Positions 30,683 through 41,139 of a stretch of DNA of 64,000 nt are shown here, in pieces. Location: the sequence record OR805294.1; one strand, 5' to 3'. Both the position numbers and the translations under genes were made by a program. The notes beneath the pieces are model-generated. The model saw only the letters and a program-made list of their open reading frames with translations, was not told the DNA's origin and did no database searches. The first letter of the stretch is position 1. Each line of letters begins with the position of its first letter.

Positions 30683-30951
30683 TTCTGACTATGCATAAAA
30701 TTTATTATGACGAAATTTTAGAAATATCTAATAAAGCTAGATTAATTGTAATTTATTCTGGCATATGTTCTATATACGCAAAACCTTCTGTTTATTATAA
30801 TGTAAATTATAACTTTTATAGTAATCCATTTAGTTTGTGGAATAGGGCAGTATTTATAGCATCTAAACAATGCGGGTACATAGCATTCACTGATAACCGG
30901 GTGCGTATATTAACTGATAAAAAAATAATGTGGTATTATAATTATCTATAA
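30670..30951 (+). CDS. paralog-array family, divergent member
   Basis: IILTMHKIYYDEI / VFIASKQCGYI. Confidence 0.5.
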   Translation: MVKIILTMHKIYYDEILEISNKARLIVIYSGICSIYAKPSVYYNVNYNFYSNPFSLWNRAVFIASKQCGYIAFTDNRVRILTDKKIMWYYNYL

Positions 30952-30966
30952 GGTATAGATCGAAAA

Positions 30967-31275
30967 ATGGTATATAAAATACCGAACGACAAGTGTATGT
31001 TGTTAATATTTCTGAGTAGTATAGCTGATACTATATCTATAGAAATCAGTTTTAGAAAAAGAATTAGAAAATGTTTGTACACACTAAAAATATACAAAGG
31101 TGATAACAATTGCATATTTATAAATGGCGTACTATTATTTAAAAAAGTTATATGTAACGATATGATAATTCCTATTTTGATACAATCAGTCACAAGATCA
31201 ATATCAATGCATAACGACTTCTTAGAAGTATTTTCTAACAAATATTATTTGACGTTATTTAGAAAAATGACATAG
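30967..31275 (+). CDS. paralog-array family member
   Basis: LIFLSSIADTI / PILIQSVTRSI. Confidence 0.55.
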   Translation: MVYKIPNDKCMLLIFLSSIADTISIEISFRKRIRKCLYTLKIYKGDNNCIFINGVLLFKKVICNDMIIPILIQSVTRSISMHNDFLEVFSNKYYLTLFRKMT

Positions 31276-31295
31276 TCTTAAATGGGCAAAAATGC

Positions 31296-31547
31296 ATGAT
31301 TGTTATACTTCTTTCACACTTTACACATGAACTAAATGCACAGTTTAATGAATTAGAACTTACTGTGTATGGTAATAGATTAGCGCAAATATATCCAACA
31401 GCATTTATAGATACTAACATTCTATGGCATTATATGAGTAAACCTAATTTCTTACTATTTTATATTTCTAATAATGCAAAAACGATAAAATTAAACCATT
31501 CGCCCCGAATATTATTATATAACTCTCCCATACCTCACTATATTTAA
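31296..31547 (+). CDS. paralog-array family member
   Basis: MIVILLSHFTHEL / LLFYISNNAKTI. Confidence 0.65.
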   Translation: MIVILLSHFTHELNAQFNELELTVYGNRLAQIYPTAFIDTNILWHYMSKPNFLLFYISNNAKTIKLNHSPRILLYNSPIPHYI

Positions 31548-31579
31548 AAAGATAAGTAGGTGAACTATCATTTAAACAG

Positions 31580-31936
31580 TTGTTGTACAGAAACTCTTTT
31601 AATGAGCAGGTTAATGTCCATCTAAACCCTATGTGCAACCTACCATTTATTATATCAAGTAATTCCCACAAACTAATCTACGGACAGTATTTTAACAATA
31701 CAAGAGGTCCAGGCATATACATTGCTAATATAAATGGATTTGTGTTTCTATACTCAGTTGTTACTATTTCTAATTTTCAAATATGTTTTAGTATGCTTAA
31801 CGAAATAGATCCTTTGTATTTGCAATACAAATGCGATTCAATAAAAACAATAAACACACTTATGTATTATAGACTAAATGTCAATTCATTACTTAATACA
31901 ATGTTATGTAAAGAATATTATGAATTTAATATTTGA
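31580..31936 (+). CDS. paralog-array family member
   Basis: FIISSNSHKL / PLYLQYKCDSI. Confidence 0.55.
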   Translation: MLYRNSFNEQVNVHLNPMCNLPFIISSNSHKLIYGQYFNNTRGPGIYIANINGFVFLYSVVTISNFQICFSMLNEIDPLYLQYKCDSIKTINTLMYYRLNVNSLLNTMLCKEYYEFNI

Positions 31937-32204
31937 ATTAGTAAGAAACACCAGTAAAATCATACCGCTTGATGGTCTAAATGCTGCTAGATTTATTCTT
32001 GTAAATACCCATTATATAAAAATAGCATCTTTTTGTTTATCATTTTCTACATGGACCTGCCAGACATTTTTAAGTATAAACCAGTTTCAAATGTCAGAAT
32101 CTACGTTAGTTATCATATCTAATAAAATAAAGAAGATCAAAAGAGTAAAAAAATCATACGCTTTAGTTTTTGACGAATCATATATTCTGTTGAAAATCAA
32201 ATGA
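31878..32204 (+). CDS. paralog-array family member (start probably 31920)
   Basis: MNLIFELVRNTSKI / LVIISNKIKKI. Confidence 0.6.
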   Translation: MSIHYLIQCYVKNIMNLIFELVRNTSKIIPLDGLNAARFILVNTHYIKIASFCLSFSTWTCQTFLSINQFQMSESTLVIISNKIKKIKRVKKSYALVFDESYILLKIK

Positions 32205-32455
32205 TAATACATATCTCACATTTAACACATATAATAAGTGTATATTCTAAATATATAATCGTTACTAATAAAGCTAATGAAATTATACTTTGCAATTACA
32301 TATATAACCAAACTAAAATTTACATTAGCAAATTATTACTAAATATCGATTTAATCTGTTATATTCAACATAACACAAAAACTATTAGTTATCCCATTGT
32401 ACATAGCCATTTTCTAGCGTATCCATATCTTTGCAACAATGCCTTGGTTGTATAA
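32201..32455 (+). CDS. paralog-array family member
   Basis: MIIHISHLTHII / ICYIQHNTKTI. Confidence 0.65.
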   Translation: MIIHISHLTHIISVYSKYIIVTNKANEIILCNYIYNQTKIYISKLLLNIDLICYIQHNTKTISYPIVHSHFLAYPYLCNNALVV

Positions 32456-32745
32456 TTATGGATTTTATTTTCCTACTACAACATAACACTTCTATTATAT
32501 TATTTAATAATATATCATATGGTAGTATAGAATTATACACAAAAGACGAAGTTCCAGTATTAGACATAGAAATATCAAATTCTATGTACATATATCAAGG
32601 TATTTTTAATGACAAAACTGCAATACTCCATCTACAGCAAAATACACACCAGATACAAATAGATATAGATATTATAAAAATGAGAAACATGTACTATAAA
32701 GACATTTATTATATTGTATTACATGGATTATATGGATTATATTAA
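32431..32745 (+). CDS. paralog-array family member, duplicate A (start probably 32458)
   Basis: MDFIFLLQHNTSII / ILHLQQNTHQI. Confidence 0.7.
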   Translation: MQQCLGCIIMDFIFLLQHNTSIILFNNISYGSIELYTKDEVPVLDIEISNSMYIYQGIFNDKTAILHLQQNTHQIQIDIDIIKMRNMYYKDIYYIVLHGLYGLY

Positions 32746-32784
32746 ACTTATCTCCGCAGAAGTAAATCAAATATATCCATATCT

Positions 32785-33096
32785 TTGCAACAATGCCTTG
32801 GTTATATAATTATGGATTTTATTTTCCTACTACAACATAACACTTCTATTATATTATATCGTAATAGTATTATAGAATTATACACAGAAGACGAAATGCC
32901 AGTAATAGACATAGATATAACAAATTCTATGTTCATATATCTAGGTATTTTTAATGACAAAACTGCAATACTCTATCTACAACAAAATACACACACGATA
33001 CATATAGAATCATCAAATTCTTATTATATGATAAGAATGAGAAATATGTACCATAGACACATTTATTATATTATAACACCACATGGATTATATTAA
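32785..33096 (+). CDS. paralog-array family member, duplicate B (start probably 32812)
   Basis: MDFIFLLQHNTSII / ILYLQQNTHTI. Confidence 0.7.
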   Translation: MQQCLGYIIMDFIFLLQHNTSIILYRNSIIELYTEDEMPVIDIDITNSMFIYLGIFNDKTAILYLQQNTHTIHIESSNSYYMIRMRNMYHRHIYYIITPHGLY

Positions 33097-33367
33097 ACTT
33101 ATCTCCGCAGAAGTAAATCAAATTAAAAAATCCGCCCGCCCTGGTTGCACCCGCAACGGCTTAACACTATATAACGTACATGACCAACCTATAATAGAAA
33201 TAAAGATCCAAAAAATAATATCCCGTGCATATGTGCGTGCAAACTACGATAAGTTGTGTAATGAAATCTGTATTCTTTATATACAAAGCCAAACAACTTT
33301 AATATCTACCACACGGAACTCACTAGTAATCTTTACTTCCCACTATATAGTTCACTCTATCATATGA
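33083..33367 (+). CDS. paralog-array family member
   Basis: MDYIKLISAEVNQI / ICILYIQSQTTLI. Confidence 0.7.
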   Translation: MDYIKLISAEVNQIKKSARPGCTRNGLTLYNVHDQPIIEIKIQKIISRAYVRANYDKLCNEICILYIQSQTTLISTTRNSLVIFTSHYIVHSII

Positions 33368-33654
33368 ACCTAATATATACACTGCAACGTAAAACTAGAT
33401 ATATATCCCAATTTGATACTAATTTTGATACTACTTATCGTTTAATTAACTCAGATAGAAAATGCTTTTATCTTATAACACGCAAGAACAAAAAGACCAT
33501 AGTAGACATAGACTATAATATCTTTAATGATATTTTCGGTATATTACATTTACAGTCTAAAACACATATACTACAACGTTCATACTACCTAATAAAAATA
33601 TATGATGTATGTACGGATTTAATATTTTTTATATACCACCATAACCATAAATGA
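33364..33654 (+). CDS. paralog-array family member
   Basis: MNLIYTLQRKTRYI / FGILHLQSKTHIL. Confidence 0.7.
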   Translation: MNLIYTLQRKTRYISQFDTNFDTTYRLINSDRKCFYLITRKNKKTIVDIDYNIFNDIFGILHLQSKTHILQRSYYLIKIYDVCTDLIFFIYHHNHK

Positions 33655-33929
33655 AATTTATTATAACATTACAATCATACACAACTACAATACAGTTTCT
33701 AACTAATGATTTTATATTATATTCTGATAGAAATAGATTATTAGAATTAGGTATATACGATAACAAATTCAACAATTACATATATATCGATAATTTTAAT
33801 AACAATATAATCTTGTGTTATCTTCAACATATAATTTATGCAATGGCCATTCATCCCTTTGGTATAACGATGTATAATAGTAATTTAATAGCAGTTAATA
33901 CAAAATATTACTCAAGAAACCTTTACTAA
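33651..33929 (+). CDS. paralog-array family member
   Basis: MKFIITLQSYTTTI / IILCYLQHIIYAM. Confidence 0.7.
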   Translation: MKFIITLQSYTTTIQFLTNDFILYSDRNRLLELGIYDNKFNNYIYIDNFNNNIILCYLQHIIYAMAIHPFGITMYNSNLIAVNTKYYSRNLY

Positions 33930-33939
33930 AGCAATGAAT

Positions 33940-34560
33940 AAATGATAGAAATACACTACACTATACACTACAAATAATAAGTGATAATGATAAGTGATGA
34001 TAGTGTACAAATAATAAGTGATAATGATAGTGTACAAATAATAAGTGAATTATATAGTACATATTTCGGTGAATACTGATATAATACCAATAGATAGTGA
34101 TAGTGTACAAATAATGATGAATTATATAGTACATATTTCGGTGAACCCTAACATCACCGAAGAAAGAAGGACCAAAATTTTGGAAATCTTGCTCTATAGG
34201 TCCCATTCATTTTCTTTCCAGTTACATTCATTTTCTTCCCAGTTACATTTATATTCTTTCCATTTCTAGCCATTTCTAACCATTTCTAACTATTTTTATA
34301 GATTTTTTTTGGAAAAATCCGTTTTCTGCTATATAGGGACCTTCTTATAAAATATAAGTTCTTTTTCAATAAAAAATATTTTTTTTGAAAATTTCCAATT
34401 CTTGCTATATAGGCCGGTTTCATTATATATTCCCGTTTGCATAACATATACGGAATATAGTATGCTATACGTATATAAACCGTGACTCTAGTCAACTCAC
34501 TTACTGTACGCTTGTTAGCTATTAGATATAATTCCATTTCGTAGTATAACGTATATACAG
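33940..34560. repeat. repeat-rich intergenic region, candidate replication origin
   Basis: 3x GATAGTGTACAAATAAT (33999, 34026, 34099), 2x 28-bp repeat (34046, 34118), pyrimidine tandem repeats 34207-34290, A/T tracts, 3x GCT(A/C)TATAGG. Confidence 0.6.
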
Positions 34561-34571
34561 GAAAACTAGTT

Positions 34572-34841
34572 ATGGATCTGATACTATTTCTTCAACATAA
34601 TACTGTAGAGATGGACTATAGTGAATGGTACGTTCGTCTTAACAACAAGAATGGAAATAATATAGCTATGATTACAGGTAACGGTATTAGACTGTATTAT
34701 AGAAATATCAATTGCTTACTTGGTATTCTTCATTTACAATACTGTAATTATAAATTTTTCATGCATACGGACAATTATATTTCTTTTACTTTTGCTAATA
34801 ATAATAGGTTTGTACATGAAATACATGTTGATTTGAAATAA
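34572..34841 (+). CDS. paralog-array family member
   Basis: MDLILFLQHNTVEM / LGILHLQYCNYKF. Confidence 0.75.
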   Translation: MDLILFLQHNTVEMDYSEWYVRLNNKNGNNIAMITGNGIRLYYRNINCLLGILHLQYCNYKFFMHTDNYISFTFANNNRFVHEIHVDLK

Positions 34842-34844
34842 TAT

Positions 34845-35159
34845 ATGGATTTCATACTATTACTTCAATCTCATTGCAATGAGATTGTATATACCAAGCA
34901 AATTATTAATATGCTTAATGCGCATGATGGGCAGTTCGTATATGGAATTACGTTGCCCATGGGGAGAAAACATATAATATATGATGCATATTGTTTGTAT
35001 AATAATATATGTGATGTGATAGGATTATTGCATATGCAATCTATTCTATCATTTATAGAAGTTAAACATTTAAAATCATTTTCTGGTAAAACAGATACTA
35101 TTGTTAATATGGTGTTTGTTAACGGTTATCTTCAACATGCCATATACATATGGACTTAA
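34845..35159 (+). CDS. paralog-array family member
   Basis: MDFILLLQSHCNEI / IGLLHMQSILSFI. Confidence 0.75.
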   Translation: MDFILLLQSHCNEIVYTKQIINMLNAHDGQFVYGITLPMGRKHIIYDAYCLYNNICDVIGLLHMQSILSFIEVKHLKSFSGKTDTIVNMVFVNGYLQHAIYIWT

Positions 35160-35434
35160 TATTATTATTTCAGTCTCGTTGTTGTAAGATTTGGTATTCA
35201 GATTATATTATAGATATGATCGACTATAGTGATTATACTATAGTATCATTACTACGCCCGCCGAATGGGCGTATGTATGCCTATTGTTCGTGTAACAATA
35301 TAAACAACGAAATTAGTATAATGCATTTGCAGAATAGCATACATTCATTACAAATAAGTTATAGTACCCGTTCTATAATGTGTCGTATGACTAATGTGTA
35401 TGAAGATCTAATTCAATATATTTGTATACTTTAG
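35150..35434 (+). CDS. paralog-array family member
   Basis: MDLILLFQSRCCKI / ISIMHLQNSIHSL. Confidence 0.75.
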   Translation: MDLILLFQSRCCKIWYSDYIIDMIDYSDYTIVSLLRPPNGRMYAYCSCNNINNEISIMHLQNSIHSLQISYSTRSIMCRMTNVYEDLIQYICIL

Positions 35435-35697
35435 TAATGTATTTTATCCTGTTTATACAGAAATTGTGTTGTTCGATTAGAAGGGCTTCGCATGGATTCG
35501 ATATTTTTGATACAAATGAAGTAGCATATTCATTAATAGATCATCATGGTTTCAGTATGAAACATTTTGTTTCGTACTCTGTTATAAACGATGTAATAGG
35601 AATTATACATTTACAAGTGCATACAAATAAGTTTTATTTTTTTATGGATATGATTTGTTTTCTAGATAGTAAAGGCGGTCATTTTTTTAGTTTATAG
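35422..35697 (+). CDS. paralog-array family member
   Basis: MYFILFIQKLCCSI / IGIIHLQVHTNKF. Confidence 0.75.
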   Translation: MYTLVMYFILFIQKLCCSIRRASHGFDIFDTNEVAYSLIDHHGFSMKHFVSYSVINDVIGIIHLQVHTNKFYFFMDMICFLDSKGGHFFSL

Positions 35698-35709
35698 AGG
35701 ACGGAATTT

Positions 35710-35973
35710 GTGTTATTAATATTAATGCTTCAGCGTAATGTCGAATGGATTCTTTATACTGATTGTGAAATTCGACTTGTTCTGCCCGATTATAATACGT
35801 TATATCGTTTTCTAATTCAGATACAGAAAATTAATGGGTATCTAAATTGCCATGCTAGTAATGACATTGTAGGTATGTTTTATTTACAGTACAATTGTGA
35901 TACTATATCATTTAATAGATTTGATGAATTTATGATACTAAACCACAATGGCGTAATAATTTTTGGCTGGTGA
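35710..35973 (+). CDS. paralog-array family member
   Basis: MLLILMLQRNVEWI / VGMFYLQYNCDTI. Confidence 0.75.
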   Translation: MLLILMLQRNVEWILYTDCEIRLVLPDYNTLYRFLIQIQKINGYLNCHASNDIVGMFYLQYNCDTISFNRFDEFMILNHNGVIIFGW

Positions 35974-36272
35974 CTAGTATGGATATTATATTGATCCTTA
36001 GCAGTGAAGTTATAAGAATACAAGGTTGTTTTTATGATATAGAAACTTTACAAATAAGGTTCTTTATTAATGAATACGACTCAATATATTCTTGTAATAA
36101 AATGGGAGGATTTGTTAACTATAAAACATTTCCCAATGAACTACTAGGTATAATTCATTTGCAGCAGAATACACACCGGTTTGTAACACACGGTAAATGT
36201 ATATTTTTTGATAGTGTAGATTTTATTTCTATTCACTGGGAGACTTTGTTTGACACAAACGAATATGTATAA
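35970..36272 (+). CDS. paralog-array family member
   Basis: MDIILILSSEVIRI / LGIIHLQQNTHRF. Confidence 0.75.
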   Translation: MTSMDIILILSSEVIRIQGCFYDIETLQIRFFINEYDSIYSCNKMGGFVNYKTFPNELLGIIHLQQNTHRFVTHGKCIFFDSVDFISIHWETLFDTNEYV

Positions 36273-36276
36273 TGAT

Positions 36277-36503
36277 ATGAATTATATATTACTAATTAGT
36301 AACCAGTCTAAATATATTTCGTTGAAGGCACTTGGATTAACTGTAAAAACACGTGAACCAAGGTTAACTCATTATATTATATTTTAAATATGAACGAAGA
36401 ATATGATATATTATATTTGTCTAACAATACTATGCAAATAACATTTCGTTTTTCAGTATATTGTTTTTATGATAAAACTCGTAGTATTATATATTGTCAA
36501 TAA
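36277..36503 (+). pseudogene. split paralog-array member
   Basis: MNYILLISNQSKYI...stop (36277-36387) and, in another frame, ILYLSNNTMQI (36390-36503). Confidence 0.6.
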
Positions 36504-36516
36504 GACAGAAATATAA

Positions 36517-36831
36517 ATGGATTTAATATTAACACTTCAGCATAAAACTGTGCTAATATCACAGTTTAGTGCATTATTTGTATTTCAAAATATAAACAGT
36601 GATACTATATTTTGTTTGGATATAAGTAGACATGTATATTATTTCGAAATAATATTCAGGTTATATAATAATAAGAATGGCATGGTGTATTTGCAACATG
36701 CCATTAATTCCATTAAGTTTACCTTTAGTTTACAATATCATACAATTCGTGGATATTCTAGTATACCATCTATATATATGTATGATAAAAAATATGCTAT
36801 TGTACACGTACCATATGTTAGGAATACTTAA
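36517..36831 (+). CDS. paralog-array family member
   Basis: MDLILTLQHKTVLI / NGMVYLQHAINSI. Confidence 0.75.
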   Translation: MDLILTLQHKTVLISQFSALFVFQNINSDTIFCLDISRHVYYFEIIFRLYNNKNGMVYLQHAINSIKFTFSLQYHTIRGYSSIPSIYMYDKKYAIVHVPYVRNT

Positions 36832-37130
36832 TGGATCTTATATTATACATTCAGTACAGTGCTCATAAAATAGAAACTGTTTATAAATCATATCTATTTT
36901 ATAGTAATAACTATTCACTTTATTACAGACTGTCTGTATATAAGAGATTATTGGTACCATCGGGTAGTGAATCATATGCAAGGGCTTCGGCTGAATATTC
37001 TGCTATTACAGACAAAATAGGAATTATACACTTACAATCGAAAACACACGCAATATTATTTGTTATAGACAGTATGTGCATTCACGACAAATCGTATCAA
37101 ACACTCCATTATATTATACTAAGGTCATAA
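36831..37130 (+). CDS. paralog-array family member
   Basis: MDLILYIQYSAHKI / IGIIHLQSKTHAI. Confidence 0.75.
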   Translation: MDLILYIQYSAHKIETVYKSYLFYSNNYSLYYRLSVYKRLLVPSGSESYARASAEYSAITDKIGIIHLQSKTHAILFVIDSMCIHDKSYQTLHYIILRS

Positions 37131-37511
37131 TGTTTATAAGTTTTATTCCGCCTGTTGCAATGTTGATACGACTACAATCAAATCTACATATTATCTGTTT
37201 TGATTCTATTTATGATAGTATAGTGTTTTGTGATAAAGACGGCGACGAAATACATTGCTGCTTATGGTAGCGTGTTTGCATTTAACGCAAAAACATGTTA
37301 TACAGTATTGTTTGTTGAGTATTTTGACATTGTTGTTTCTAAAAATCTTTTATATAAAGGATTAATATGCATAATATATTTAAATTATCATATTGTACAA
37401 ATATGTTTAAATTTAAAATATTATGGGATCAAAAAGTATACCTATGCTCGTTTATGTCATTGCGGTATACTACCCTATATATTTCTGCAGGTCGTATCAG
37501 ATAAATGGTAA
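37129..37511 (+). pseudogene. frameshifted paralog-array member
   Basis: MLIRLQSNLHII in one frame (stop 37270); ICIIYLNYHIVQI in the 37230..37511 frame. Confidence 0.55.
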
Positions 37512-39932
37512 CAAATATATTAGAATTAATGTATGTATGTCACCATACATATAATATAACAACTGACAGCTACTATAACATTTTCTTCTTAAATAAAAAT
37601 AATAAAATTATCTTTGTTGTGTATTAAAACAAATGGGAATATTTCTCTTATCACGCAATACTTGCTATATTTGTGTTATACATGTCAGACGCATTGTATA
37701 CAAGATTAAAATGTATGACAGACATGGCAATTATGTGTTTACAATTAATGTTATCTAAGAACATATTAAATTATATAGAATTTGGTTGTATGTAATACAG
37801 TTTAATAATGGCAACAGATATTGATAAAATAACATACATTTCATTTAACTCATGCTATATATCAGTTAATCGTTTTAGTGTTATTATATATTATGAGTAC
37901 GGTAGATTGATTTTATATGATGATACCCCCGGGCTTATATAAGAACGTATTCTACATACAGTATAATGTACGTCATATCAGCATATATTATTTTGATGCA
38001 TGTGAATGTAATATATTACAAGTAGAATGCAATAATTTTCTTACTCTAACATATAAATTAAATGAAAAAACCAATAAGTAATATAGTTGAATTATCGCTT
38101 AATACGCACCGGTTTAATACCAATTATATAACTAGTGCTCATTGTTTAGTATTTTATAATGCGTCGTCATATCCTATACATTATGTTCGTTTACACACAA
38201 ACAAACGTTAACACTTATGTCGCCGGTATCAATTCATAATATAGTTTGTATTCAACACTATCTTAATAGATGGTATACTAGAATATCCCCAACAGGTATT
38301 AATGTGTATTCAGATTCATATGTTAGAATTAGAATAAATGTTCATAAATAAAAATATTATAAATCACGATATACATTATGATATGTTGCAGGTATCTTCA
38401 TGCGCACATACAATAGATTCATCGCTATGTAGTACATATCTATTGGCATGCATTTATAATAGTAATGAAAAAATTATTATAATTAGTGTTGCATATCTAA
38501 GATGAATGGTATAAAAGATATAATAGAATTTTCATCGCATGCATACGAAATATGTGCAAATACAGCAAGACTTAGAGATATAGTATACTACTCGATACTC
38601 ATAAAGGCAAAAGACGGTCTTGCATTTTATATGGTAGACTCGTTTGCATATATAACATGACCAGTATCCTTGAATGTTCTTACAATACTTCTAATATTAT
38701 GTTTCGTTTTTGTAAAAACAGTGATATTTTAGTTGTGAACTTTCTAAACAAAAATGATGACATACATTTCATTGTAATAATTAGATACAAATATACATAT
38801 CGTTAATTACTAATACATAGGAGAGTAATAAATGAATAGAGCAGCAAAGAAAAATGTTTCTATATTTGTTATTCAGAATCATACTTTTAGAGTTCATGTT
38901 GTACGATATGATCCTGCGAGAATTTCAATATATCTCTCACTTGTACATAATTGTGTTGCATCTTAAGAACTATATCTGTATAATGTAGGTTACATTTGCA
39001 TGTATAGGATTATCTTTCATATAATATATGCTTATTAACTATACGACATGTATTGAATTACTTTATAGTATTGTATGATTCGTAAAAATATAGTTCTAAT
39101 ATCACATAACACGTCAAAAATAATATTAGAAAGAAGAACAAGCAAAGTATTACGTGTTTCTATATTTAAATCAATCGGAAAATACTACTACCATTATTAT
39201 ACAACGTGTGGGAAACTATAATGCAAGATCATCATTTCACTACACTGTTGTATATGTCTAATCGTGCAGATAAAATAAAGATTTTTCGACAGCCTTCCTG
39301 TCTTATTGTATATATTAAGTCAGGTATGTTATATATTAATAAACAATTCTTAAAATGTTAGAATATATAGATACTCTCAAATATAATTACATTTTAACTG
39401 TATGCAGCGGTGTAGAGTCTATATCATTTGAATCATTTACTAGATCAGTGATATCAGTTTCCATAATATATAATAATATTACTATCTTTCCGTACCAAAC
39501 TACACGAACTATACTGTATGGTGTATAATCTTATTTTTATTTCTTGTAATGTTTCTTTAATTAGTTTTTCTATTTTTAATAAAACATTTGAAGTTTATAT
39601 TTATGGAAAAATGTTATTGGTAATTTATTATACAGGACTGCATATATGTTAGATATATTGCTACGGTTCCAACGCAGAGTGGATACAATTAAGGTGGAGT
39701 TAATATGGCGTCACTTGCATTTTTATGAAAAAGCCGGCGAGGAGTTAGAGTTATTTCATATTATATTTCTGCCGCCCGATCACCGAAGTATTAATTAACA
39801 AAAACAAGTTGTATTTTTCGGCATAAAAATTTATGAATAAAGATACAAACAAAGAATCACCTATTATTAAAGAATTATATTTTATATTAAGATTGTAAGT
39901 AAAATAAAATACTTTTAGAATCTAAAACTAAA

Positions 39933-40082
39933 ATGATCGATTGGGTATTTAAATTGTCTGCTAGTTGCTACGAAATAGACGGACAATATAGTGAGACAAT
40001 AAAAATATATAATTCATATTGTCTGTTAGGAACTATACAATATTATAATACTCAATTGAAAATAAATTTATATAAATTTTAA
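39933..40082 (+). CDS. 49-aa single-unit or truncated family member
   Basis: MIDWVFKLSASCYEI. Confidence 0.45.
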   Translation: MIDWVFKLSASCYEIDGQYSETIKIYNSYCLLGTIQYYNTQLKINLYKF

Positions 40083-40408
40083 TATTGTAGTGAGAATTCT
40101 TTTAAATAGGCATACTATATGAATGATCTATTACAATACCAACTCACATTATGTTCCATATCATTGCAGAAAGCTCGTTTTAAGTCAGGCAATGTGTATT
40201 ACATTCTAATTGAACGTAACGACAGCGGTAGGTATTCCCGAGATATAAAAATACTTAAATGATATGCGTATATTTGTAATATCACAAAATTGCATGACTA
40301 TCAGACTTTTTTATCATACATATTTCATTAAAGATGTAAATTATGATTCAATTTGTGTATTATATAAAACGAATAGCAGAATTGTAATACATCCGAGTTT
40401 TACAGTAG

Positions 40409-40597
40409 ATGAATATATTCGATCTGTCTTATAATTCTTCATTTATTTTGATGAAATCGAATAGAATATACATTAGTAATAATATCTATCGTGTAGGAGC
40501 TACATATGTATTACCTGCAATAACGAAATATATACATCAAATATTCTATGTAAACGCTGCAATATATAGATTTTTAGATACAGGTATACTAGTATGA
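40409..40597 (+). CDS. 62-aa single-unit family member
   Basis: MNIFDLSYNSSFI. Confidence 0.5.
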   Translation: MNIFDLSYNSSFILMKSNRIYISNNIYRVGATYVLPAITKYIHQIFYVNAAIYRFLDTGILV

Positions 40598-40782
40598 AAT
40601 TCAATATATTTAAATTGCAAAGAAGATGTCACATTATAAATTGTCATTTTTATGACATTCTTAGATTTTCAAAACCTACATATTTTCGAGATGCTGATAG
40701 AATAACTATATTTTCATTAATAGGTACTAATAGTATCGGAATTTACGCGGATATGTATAAAGGATATGCACAAACCATATGA
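40594..40782 (+). CDS. 62-aa single-unit family member
   Basis: MKFNIFKLQRRCHII; ATGA coupling. Confidence 0.55.
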   Translation: MKFNIFKLQRRCHIINCHFYDILRFSKPTYFRDADRITIFSLIGTNSIGIYADMYKGYAQTI

Positions 40783-41090
40783 TTGAAATATTAATATTTT
40801 CGAGTGTTAGTGATTATATTAATATAAGCCACGATATGGCACGGCTATATAATCTTAATGGTGTTAGTGAATTAATATTTGCATCAAAACCATACAAGTA
40901 TATTATATTAACTAATTTAAAAAATCGTATAGGTATATTCTGTATTTCAAATATAATAAGTGAAAGGGTGATGGGAGATATTACTAGTAATGAATGTTGG
41001 GCTTATCCTTGGCCTCCAGATACTGGCATAGATGTATATATTGATTTCCTGTATAAAAATGATGAGCTTTCTACTAAACACACAATATAA
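40779..41090 (+). CDS. paralog-array family member
   Basis: MIEILIFSSVSDYI / IGIFCISNII. Confidence 0.6.
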   Translation: MIEILIFSSVSDYINISHDMARLYNLNGVSELIFASKPYKYIILTNLKNRIGIFCISNIISERVMGDITSNECWAYPWPPDTGIDVYIDFLYKNDELSTKHTI

Positions 41091-41139
41091 CCATAGACAA
41101 ATAAGTGCATTATGCTAATATATACATGCTTACTAAACA

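Larger units (their letters stand above)
32420..33123 (+). repeat. tandem duplication, two copies of about 350 bp
   Basis: 32420-32772 and 32774-33123 share identical ends and a diverged interior. Confidence 0.9.

Noticed and set aside
32420-33123. Diversity-generating retroelement TR/VR pair
   Set aside because: Differences are bidirectional, include C/T, T/G and G/C changes and indels; no reverse transcriptase in the window
33960-34290. CRISPR array in the repeat region (also 42551-42757 and 61425-61617)
   Set aside because: Repeats are irregular and nested with no constant repeat plus unique equal-length spacers; no cas genes in the window
33961-34537. ORFs 33961..34206, 34045..34269 and 34286..34537
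   Set aside because: Translations of DNA repeats and A/T tracts
37500-40400. Stop-codon reassignment explaining the ORF-poor zone
   Set aside because: The fragments I translated end mostly in TAA or shift frame; no suppressor tRNA; normal genes end in TAA, TAG and TGA
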